A stretch of DNA of 64,000 bases from Botryllus schlosseri. Its lineage: Eukaryota. The DNA lies in contig CM119371.1 in assembly GCA_051294905.1 (NCBI GenBank), positions 34,226,001 to 34,290,000 of the forward strand, given 5' to 3'. Below are positions 54,280-64,000 of this stretch, one piece after another (position 1 is the stretch's first letter; every line of letters starts with the position of its first letter). A model generated the notes under the pieces. It ran no database searches. It was not told the origin of the DNA and worked only from the letters and a program-made list of their open reading frames with translations. A program made the position numbers and the translations under genes.

Positions 54280-56776
54280 GTCTATAGTCGCCGCTAGCGT
54301 TCTAGTCGCCGCTAGCGATCTCTCGTATTTTCCCGTCACGTCACGTCACCGGCTGGTCGGTTGCGACTCCAAAGGTCCAAAGTTCACAGATTACTCGGGG
54401 AACTACGGGAGGACTTTTTAGTATTGTACGCGGCGAATATATTATTGATCTAGCTGGTGCTGGCCTATATATTGTAGGCCAGTGATTCCCAAACTGTGTG
54501 CCGTGACACTTTAGTTTGCCGCCTCAGATTATCAGGTGTGTCGCAAATCTTCTGATATTTTTAGAGAAAAGCTTTGTTCTACGAAAGACTCAGGTTCCGA
54601 ACGAAAATTAAAATGCAAATTGGCGTAATATACGGGAACACTGTTTCCGGGTATAAGGTGACTTGAACAATCTCGAATCCACGCACTAGCAATCGGTGAA
54701 TGTACGTCAAACACATATCATGATGCAGCAAGTCAATTTGACAACGAAATGAAAATTATGCCCGATGCCCACCTTCGTGACTATCGAGTACAGTCAGCAA
54801 TCGACAAAACTCGCTATTGAGTAGCAACTAAATATTCGATGACGAGATGCTGTTTCGAATGGCGTTGCATCAATTAATCGTTTCAAGCCCGATATTGCAC
54901 AACAGTAGAAGTGTCAAAGACTGCTTTTTCGAAAACATACGTGTCAGATGAATTTTCGTTTGTTCCGCTCGCGACTTCGCCATAATTAATCACCGCAACG
55001 AGGTAATGTCACGGAGGAACAAAGATTCAAAGCATCGTGACATACACTGACTATATCCGCAGCTCTCTTTCATTACAGTCACCACAAATTTTTACGATCG
55101 GTTTTCAGACAGCAACCTTCGTAATCTATTTGCCATGCATGACGCAAACCTATAGAAAAGTGCTTCCTAACCTTTCCCAGTTCGGGACCCATTTTTATTG
55201 CAAGTTTTATTGTGCGGCCCAGGAAACTAATGAACAACAAGTAATTGGTAGAGGAAACGGTGCCCAGCAAGGTTTTAACCAAGTCACAAAGTTCATATTC
55301 TCGAGTCAATGCCGCTTTTATAGTTTCGACTCGAGTAAAGTTGTGTCATTTTTAATTCACCCCCGAGTCAATTGCGAGTTCAAGTCAGTGAGTAGTTAGT
55401 CGAGTCCGGGTCTTAGTGTTTCGACTCCGAGACCAAGTGTAGTTAATTGTGTTCATTGTTCAGTTTTGAGTTCAATCCGGTTCAACCCACTCTTTCAACT
55501 CTGCCCGAGTAATATAGAACGGCTCGCATTCATAATATTGTAAATTTCCTCTGTTTTAAAAGTTTCTGGCCCTATTTTCCAAGTATCAGTACTGATAGGC
55601 GAAATACCAGTAATATGGTGACTTTACTATTCTTAGAAGTTACAATGAAATGTCTGTCTTGACCGTCCTAGTCTCGAATCCTATGGCTTGGTTCGAGTGA
55701 TGGACAATGAATCCAATATAAGTCGAGTCAATGCACAAATTGACTCGATTCGAGTCGTTTTACGTATTTGAAATAATGACTCGAGTCAAGTCAAGTCACT
55801 ACAAAATCCTGACTCGAGTCAATACACAAAACACATGCTATTTTCTATTAATGCGAGATGTGAGATTGCGTATTGAATATTATCACATGAAGTCTAGGCT
55901 TGATTGACTTGATTATTTCGAAAATATCCATAAACTCTCAAATTGAGGTACACCATACATTTTCGACCAACTGCCACATGTAAAACCGTATGGAGTCCAA
56001 AAGTTTTTTTTATCCATTTATACATATAAAACTGCTATCATATCAATTAGAATAGGACTAAGAGGGTGTATATATTTTTGTTCTTTGATATTTTACGGCA
56101 TATACACCGACTTATGATATACATACATAAGATCTGTGCATGTGCATTGTGCATATAATGAGTGTACTTTACATGGTGCGTATATGCCGCTTGACATGTA
56201 TGAGGAGCAGAAATAGCCTTGTAAGGCTTTCTAATTCTTGCATCACCCCTCCATGTTATACTGAAGATGATGAGCACCAAGCGATAAATCCAAGGATATC
56301 AGTTTTATTGACCAGGTCTTTGGTCTGACCCGGCCGAGGGTTTGTTTGCTGGCATTCCATAAAAAACGAAAAGCAGCCTTTTGTGACATATTGAATATAG
56401 AAACCCGTAACATTTATAAATGATAGGTGACTCACCTGAAATGCCTTCGCCAACCCACCGTTGGGTTACAAAATATACACTCGCACTAACACGAATTTTT
56501 ATAATAGATTCTCTCAAAATACGACAACATCACGTGACTAGAGTTGCATTTAAAACAAGCGGTGTTTTAAAACACTTTGCTTAAAATATGTTTTAAACAG
56601 TGTTTTTTTTCAAACGTTGTCTAATTATGCTATAATCGTGTATATACTTCCGAAAAACCATGTAGTATGAGCGTACGGACGATTGGCACCCAATATAGTC
56701 GACGTTTCTGATGTGGTGTGGCTGGAACCCTCTAAATCGTCGTTGGTTCAACAGTTATAGCATCTAGATTCTAGAT

Positions 56777-57898
56777 CAGGGGTGGGCAAACTACGGCCCG
56801 AGGGCCGCATGCGGCCCGCAACACCGTTCTGTGCGGCCCGCGAGAGTCTAAAGAAACTTTTTAAACATATTGATTAAATGCGTTCTAAAAATCGAATTAT
56901 TGCAGGCCGCAGGGACTTAATTAACTTTTTCCTATTATATTTCACCATGATAATTCTAAGACAGTGGTTCTCAAATCGGGGGGGGGGGCGCCCCCCTTGG
57001 GGGCGTGAAAGCATCTGAATGAGGGCGCAAAGCTGAGCTCAACTTAAACTTTTTTTCGCGCTCTGCGCGATTTACATCCAATTCATATAGTTTGCTCTGT
57101 ATTTAGTCTGAATTACATATGTCAAAATCTCACATCCACAGTCGTAACGTTCCATCCCATCAAACTGCCCGTTAGGTGTGCTAGCATCCTGGTTTCGTTT
57201 TGTGATATGACGAGAAGGGAGACGAGAAATATTTCACCATCATAAGGGGGCGTGTCTTAAAAAGTTTGAGAACCATTGATCTAAGGTAAATACTTAATAT
57301 CACTGCGGGATAGCAGCAACGAGATTGACATCATTTGAATCACGAGGGGCATTTCGGATTGGCCACTCCATTTTTGATTATTTCAGTGATGTGCTTATAA
57401 AAAACGTTTCGGGCGTGTCTTATGTAGATTCGTTGTCTGTATGCGTAGAATTGGGATATTTATATTTTATCCACATATAGTAGAAGAGTGTTTGATTAAG
57501 CCAACATGGTGATGATGCTGACAGCATTGTGTGTCCTGGAATTGAACCAAAAGTGGAATTAGTAAATTTAAGAACAGATCGCTGCTCACAGATTTAAATT
57601 TCAATCCTGTTCTAAGAATCAGGCCAACCGACTTTCATCTCTATACTTTTGACAAAATGGTTATTGAGGTCCACCAGCCTATGAAATCTCGCCACTAAAT
57701 GTTTCTGACGTGTGCGATATCATCAAAGCAATGTTTGGCTTGTTTTAAATAAGCGCATTTATTATCTCCACGTCCTCGCTATATAATCAAATATCAATAT
57801 TGCGTTTTGGTTTATAATCCCTATTTTAAATAGTGCGGCCCGCGAATGGATTCAGATGTTGAATGCGGCCCGCGAGCTCAAAAGTTTGCCCACCCCTG
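56777..57898. mobile_element. Composite hAT element, compact copy of 37756-41354, containing a CAGTGGTTCTCAAA MITE (56962-57278)
   Basis: TIR CAGGGGTGGGCAAACT and TSD TTCTAGAT. Confidence 0.9.
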
Positions 57899-58003
57899 TT
57901 CTAGATATAGATGGGTGTTCTGATGATGGAGACCGCCGACCATAAAAATGCTGCATAATGATGGAGTTGAAGATTTTTCAGTCTTATGACATGTGGTTGG
58001 AAG

Positions 58004-59053
58004 TAGCGTTGGAACCCGGCCAATCCCCGATCCCGGTATCCCGGGATTTGAAGCAATCCCGATCCCGGAATTTGTACCAATGTTTACGTAGCGCCATATT
58101 ATATATCTCTTATTTTGATAATAAAGCAGTGTTACAAACTCGGCTCATTGTCCAGAACAATTCACAACTATGTGATATTAAAACTGACTATTGCACAACA
58201 ATGAACTACACAATTACTTCCGTCGTAGTCTACAGATCCTATAGCAGTGAAACGGAGTATCGGAGCGTTACAATGCCGATGCTGTGGAGGTGAAATACAG
58301 GTCGGAGTAATAGCTAACTTCGAAGGTGTCATTGCGAAGAGAAAATCAGATGTGTGGCGAAGCTACAGAAAACTACAGAAAAAGCCAAATGCAACTTGTG
58401 TCAAGACGTTTCGAAAGCTTCAGGGTCTAGCACAAAGGTCCATTTAAGGTCCGTACACAGGATAGTAATTACATCATGCATGACTCAATAAGACATGTCA
58501 AAGAAATATCAGTCGGAAAGGAAGATGATGAAGATCTATTCCTTTTCTAAATCGAGCAAGTCTCGCCTCGATGAACTTCCTAGCCAGTTACCTGCTGTGG
58601 ACGGGCTAATAATTAATCAAATCGCCGAAAGTGAGCGAATTCGTCGGGCGTTCAAGGCTTGCGGCTATGACTTGCCAAGATGTCACAAACGGGTTCGGGA
58701 CTTTGTCATCGAACACAGCAAAAATTCCACAAGTGTGTTGAAGAAGAGCTTACGGTAATGAAACGTAATAATGGACGTTTTTCGAACCCGTTGGACGAAT
58801 CAACTTCTACACGAAACAGGCGGTACATGAATTTAAATGCTCCCTACCGGGGTTGGTTTCGATCGCTGAGTTTCGATCGTATTGACTGTAGCATGTTTTT
58901 ACGTCAATTTTACAAGGAATAAGTGTTGTTTGTGTAGCTTGTATGTGTATTTCACTACTTTGCTAATCCCGGGATTTCCCGGGATTGGGAAGCGAAAATC
59001 ATGGGAAATCCCGATCCCGGGATTTCAAATTTGATCCCGAAGTCTCAACCCTA
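58004..59053 (+). mobile_element. hAT element with ATCCCGG subterminal repeats and internally deleted transposase remnant
   Basis: Degenerate TIR and TSD (GTTGGAAG/TTCGGAAG). BED-finger-like KSDVW...ATC and RFSNPLDESTSTRNRRYMNLN (first catalytic Asp region of hAT transposases). Confidence 0.75.
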
Positions 59054-62000
59054 TTCGGAAGCCCTATTCGTCGTCTCATTTATTTACTTTATATTTTTTA
59101 TTTGCCAATGTCAATCAACTGTGACGTCACAATTAAATATCCGTGACGTTATGGCTGATAAAAAACAATAAGAAACATGTTTTAAACAAGTGTCATGCTT
59201 TAAACACGTTTGTTTTAAATTGATTTTGTTTTAAATGCAACCCTAGACGTAACATGACATTACAATTATTCCACGGGAAAATCGAAAAGACGAAAAAGCC
59301 GTGTTAGATCAAAACTAAGGCTGGTAAGAATCCGGTACCTGACTGAATACATTCCGAGGCAAGTATTAATCTTCGACTGGAGTCTAGTATTCGAGTCATA
59401 CCACTCACTACGACGTCACAAATAGCGAGAGTGAATTGCAAACTTGGAATATGTACCATTCATGATCGCGGAGTGAACGTGCCAGTTGCGGGCCCACACT
59501 ATGTGTGACAATGCCCTGGATCGATCGCTAATACTTGAAACCTGTGTGTATCCGCGTAGCCTACATGTGTAGCCTTCATTCGTCCCCAATCTAATAAAAT
59601 GAAGTCACCAGTAAAATTCTCCTACTTTCTGCAGTATTTACGTACTAAAACGACACATTTTATTGGCTCAAACGTTGACGTATACCTGAAGAACATAAAG
59701 GCGATGTGCGATGTTAATAATTAATATTACATGATATTAAATATTAATAATCAACCCGAACAAAACGGCATGGTGCTTTCATTGGATGCATACTCTATAA
59801 TTCCTGACCCTCGGTAAATATAGAGGGGGATGTAGCAACTGATATCATTATATTTGGAACAAGCAAGATTCTCATTCGTATTAGTTGTGAATAGTCATTC
59901 TGGTGATGCGTCAATGCGATGACGTATATACGAGTGCAAGTTTCTCTGTGGACAACGTGACATTCATCCAATATTCGACAAATTGGAAGGAATACCCTGC
60001 TTTTAATATGCAAATGAGCGACTTTTCTACATGCATTGCCAGCATGACATTCATGCGCAGTCACGCGGTGATTCTCGCAACACTTTCGCTTACCGGCGAG
60101 CGACTGATGTTATTGTTTTGGTAGTGTGTCAAAGCTTTATGACTAAGATGCAATAATAAGGAGACATGAAAATTATATCAGGAACTTTATATATCTGTCG
60201 ATTAAATCTCAATTCAGTACATGGGAATGTTGAGGCATGGGAAATCTGAGTCTTGATGAATATACAGATCGACTCGGGTCGAGTTGGCTATTCAATTACC
60301 AGTCATAAACTACGCCATGCATATCATAAAAGCGCGTTCAGTTTAGCTTATTATGCGGAAAGGCGAACTGCAATTCAGACGAGAGACATAACGAATCGAC
60401 AGTTTTTTAAAGGATTCAGATATGGTCCACAGGGCTATTTACTTTCCGGCAATATTCACAGAACTCACATGATTGAAGAGTTAGTTATGTAGTCCATGTA
60501 TACATTCTATAGACATTGCTTGTATCGATTAAACTCCTTTTGTGTTCCGATCTTGTTATAACTGCCACTTCTACGCTGATCTTGCGCCACAATGACCATG
60601 CGCTTTTGAATCATATGTCTCGTGAAAGTGAGTCAGTTAGGGTTTGGCGGGGTTAGATATTTTGCTTTAGGTTTAGGTTGAGAAGTTCAAATAGAAAGCG
60701 CCGATGGTTGCTAGAATGCTGACACGGCTGATTTGTCATTTGGTAGCGACTTGTGGTCAGCAGCAAATACTATGTCGCTTTTATTTGTCACGGGTGATCA
60801 CTGTTTGGAGTTGGAGATAGATCTATTTCGATCTACTATTGCTTATTATCGTGATCTACTGAACTTCTTACTAAAATCAGAGGTCCAATTCCTTGTACCA
60901 ATCGCCATCCCTTGCGCCAACATAATTATACTTCACTTACGCGCTTAAATAGGTCAACACATGGTTTATCGCAGGGTAACCATATTTTGAGGTCCGAAAA
61001 AAGAGGGCACTCTTCAAAAGCTCTGAAAGCTCTAGTACCGGGAAAAACTAGTAATTATGAAAATTTGTCGACCAATAGTACTGTGTTGACTTAAAAATAA
61101 GTGATCCCTCCGACACTCGAATTACCCGCTTTTACCCAATATTAGCGGTACATCTTTCCCATGTCTACCCTCAAAATACCCGTCGCGCCGTTTTTTTCAT
61201 TGATTGTCTTGCCAACTCTGGCATTGGATGCGTCGAAGTCCAGTGTTTGATCGCATTCCAACACTTTTTCTAGAAAATCAGGACATATTCCCAAAAAAGA
61301 GGACAGTTAGGCGTCCTCCGAGGACACTTTCAATTTATTTAAAAGAAAATAGGACAAATCCTCTTAAAAGGGCACATATAGTAAGCCTAGTTTATGCTCA
61401 TCTTCACTCAATATTGTGGCTGCTTAGCTATTAGTATTGGCTTTACTTGGTTAATTTAATGTCACTATCTCACGTTTCGCCCATTATAACCGTTTCGAAA
61501 GCTCTTCGCTATCTATTGAGGATTGTTTGGGTAGAATACTAAAGGCCCTATCAGACGATAATTTACCTACCATCATGTAAGAGATCGTTGCACTTGATTA
61601 GTTTCAGAAGACGTTGACCCGTTGCATTAAAACATGCTCGAGGAAGATTGGCATCAGCGAATCGTTTTTTTGTTGTTGTACAGGTCAGGTGCACTGTACA
61701 GTGTACACTACATACTACCGTATTATGATCAGTGACGGGCAGATATAGTGATTTCTCAGAATCCGAATCTATCAGACAGCTCAAGTCTCCGAGGAGCAAT
61801 CCTTCCGAATACGAACAATCTCATCCAAATATCCATGCAAATCCAAAAAATATTGTCCATGATCCAGAAAATCCGAGTAGAATAAATTTTCCGAAAAATC
61901 CAAATTGTGCAGCGGAGCTAGATACATTTGGGGCGTAGCCTTTATGAAAGCCTGGAGTTGGCTGGTTTATATTTGCTTGGACCTTTGACAGAACAACTTT

Positions 62001-62382
62001 AGAGTGCTACTAGTCTTATAAAAAGGGTACACTGTCCGTTTTGGTTGTCTAGCTGACGATTTTTTTCTTTCGACTTGAAGTCAAAGTCACGTCTGGTCAG
62101 AATTATCCAGAAAAGTCCGAAACAAAGTAACAACTAGCCGAAAATATTCGAAACTAATTCTGCAATATGGTTATGATGCCTGTACAATGTATTCATGCTG
62201 CAATGTCTTGTCGAATGAAACCTTCTCGGAACTATGGTAGCATGGTAGGTCAAGAGTAGGTCAAAAAAGTTGAAAGTCACACGAGTTTTGACTGCCATGA
62301 TAGCTGCAGAAGAATTTGCGTGTGCTGGTGCAACTCGAAGGTGGTGGGTGCAACCGATTTTGCAACGCCGGCCTATACTGGG

Positions 62383-62821
62383 TAGGCTTACCATACGTCC
62401 TCTTTTAAGAGGATTTGTCCTCTTTTTTTGACTTTTTTGGAAGTGTCCTCGGAGGACGCCCTTTTGTCCTCTTTTTTGAGATTTTGTCCTCTTTTTTGAA
62501 AATTTAGGTCAGATTTAGAGAAAATGGCGAGTGACATGCCGCAAATTTGCACAGAAGTTACGCTCTGACGGGTATTTCGAAGTGAAAAACGGTGATTTTA
62601 GCTCTGAGCGAAAAGATGACCTTTTTTTTAGTCATCCACCTGGCAATGTGGAGAGAAAAACGGTATTTTGAGATCTGAGCGGAAAGTTGACCTTTTTTTT
62701 AGTCAACCGATCGCAAAGTGGGAACAATTCACCGGTTTTTGATAATTCTTCCTCGATTTTGCAAGTCTGAAATTTCTGAAAAAGTGTCCTCTTTTTAGAT
62801 TTCCAAAATATGGTAAGCCTA
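62383..62821 (+). mobile_element. hAT MITE (TAGGCTTACCATA family) upstream of E2 copy 3
   Basis: TIRs and TSD ATACTGGG. Related degenerate copy at ~60972-61389. Confidence 0.9.
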
Positions 62822-63054
62822 ATACTGGGTAAGTGAAGCAGCTCAACCATTTAGTACTACCTCGTAGTAATTCGTTTCGCAATGCCTCGCCAGTAGGTCC
62901 GTCCACCAAACGGCTTGAGCAAAAGTGACGCTATTCAAGTCTCGACACTGGTTTATATATATGGATACGCATGAGCGCATCTCCCACGTCTCTCATCGCC
63001 GGTGTTGTCGCCGAGTTAATTGACACTGCCAAATAAAATCGTGCTATGAAGTTG

Positions 63055-63106
63055 TTACCTGGGTATTTCCTGGAGGAATATCGGGACTGGTAGGTAAGTA
63101 TATAAG
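63055..63106 (+). promoter_or_regulatory. Putative promoter of E2 copy 3: kappaB-like site plus TATA box
   Basis: TACCT-GGGTATTTCC (motif 63061-63070) and TATATAAG (63099-63106), with nearly the same spacing as in copy 1. Confidence 0.5.
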
Positions 63107-63166
63107 TGAACGATTAAGTCAGTGGTGGATTGTTACGCAAGGTGAAGCAGCATTATTTTAAGAGAA

Positions 63167-63637
63167 ATGGCCATGAAAAGATTGCAGTTTGAGTACAAGA
63201 AATTTTTACAAGAGCCGGGGAAGCTTCCTATTAGAGCAGGACCGATCGACGAATCTGACTTGTATCATTGGTGGGCGACGATAGAAGGACCTCCCGGTAC
63301 TGCGTTTGAAGGAGGGGTATTTCGAATTCTTATAGAATATTCCACCGAATATCCATTCAAACCACCGAAAATGCGATTTGACACCAAGATCTTCCATCCA
63401 AACGTCAGCAGGCGGGGTACAATATGCGTGGATATTTTACAAGCTCAATGGTCGCCAGCACTGACAACGGAAAAAGTGCTTTTATCGATATGTTCTCTGC
63501 TAGCGTCGCCCAATCCTGACGATCCTATGGACGCCGAGAGTGCAAATTTGTACGTGGAAAACCCAAAACTCTACGCTCAGCGGGCTAAGCAATGGACGGA
63601 GCTGTACGCCAGAGGTTCTCCCGCAGCGGTTTATTGA
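63167..63637 (+). CDS. Ubiquitin-conjugating enzyme E2, UBE2D/Ubc4-like, intronless (copy 3, 156 aa)
   Basis: [41 protein letters not shown]. Most canonical of the paralogs. Confidence 0.95.
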   Translation: MAMKRLQFEYKKFLQEPGKLPIRAGPIDESDLYHWWATIEGPPGTAFEGGVFRILIEYSTEYPFKPPKMRFDTKIFHPNVSRRGTICVDILQAQWSPALTTEKVLLSICSLLASPNPDDPMDAESANLYVENPKLYAQRAKQWTELYARGSPAAVY

Positions 63638-64000
63638 ACGTGATTCCATAAAAAGAGCGGTGTTCAGTATATACTTCATGTATTTCTTACTGAACATTGA
63701 ACTGCATGTTTGGAAAGAATTTCCTGTAATAGCCTGTTACGTCTGAAGGCTATAATCCACTGTGAATCGCAATGATAGTGATTTTTTAAAAATCTATTTT
63801 GTTATAAGGTCAAGCCTTAACAATACATCTGCTATTATGCGACTTATTGGTCATACATGTGTTGATAGTTTCATACAGTTTAAATAATAATGCAAGAGTT
63901 AATTTTACACAAACAAAATTGCTTTTCGTCCGAAACAAAATATTTGATATTTCAATCTGCGTACATGAGTTAAACTCTCGATTGCACGCCATAAACTTCC

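Larger units (their letters stand above)
56539..59245. mobile_element. TIR element (TAG(A/G)GTTGCATTTAAAACAA) hosting two nested hATs
   Basis: Inverted termini. Degenerate TSD CACGTGAC/GACGTAAC. Confidence 0.72.

Noticed and set aside
1004..62909. Remaining short ORFs in the six-frame track
   Set aside because: No recognisable domains. Most lie within MITEs or start at non-ATG codons. Small spliced exons of an unseen gene cannot be excluded by eye.
63638..63746. Possible frameshifted tail in copy 3 (VFSI.. and HVWK words shared with copies 2 and 1)
   Set aside because: The two short matches occur in the wrong order and no continuous alignment is visible, so likely chance.

Overview
AT-rich eukaryotic (animal, probably invertebrate; species cannot be determined from sequence alone) genomic DNA made up mostly of nested non-autonomous and decayed transposable elements: many hAT MITEs with 8-bp target-site duplications (TSDs), Chapaev-3, piggyBac, a foldback-like element, a 775-bp TRIM-like LTR element, an L1/Tx1-like LINE remnant, a Penelope-like fragment and tRNA-type SINEs. 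The only recognisable host genes form a dispersed cluster of intronless UBE2D-like ubiquitin-conjugating (E2) paralogs: copy 1 (4586-5110, +), copy 2 (33450-34046, +, in-frame TGA and ATG>ATA, probable pseudogene), copy 3 (63167-63637, +, most canonical) and a promoter-plus-5' relic on the - strand (~9984-10140) made by an inverted duplication. Highlights: (i) a 30-codon C-terminal tail with a coding-type synonymous substitution pattern lies behind the TAA stop of copy 1; (ii) a kappaB-like motif upstream of a TATA box is shared by all four promoters; (iii) the paralogs carry natural substitutions at positions equivalent to UBE2D S22, D87 and D117; (iv) a 31-bp palindromic insertion with an 8-bp TSD and a verifiable empty site; (v) deep TE nesting, including a composite hAT that apparently moved as a unit. 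All alignments were done by eye and no database search was run.
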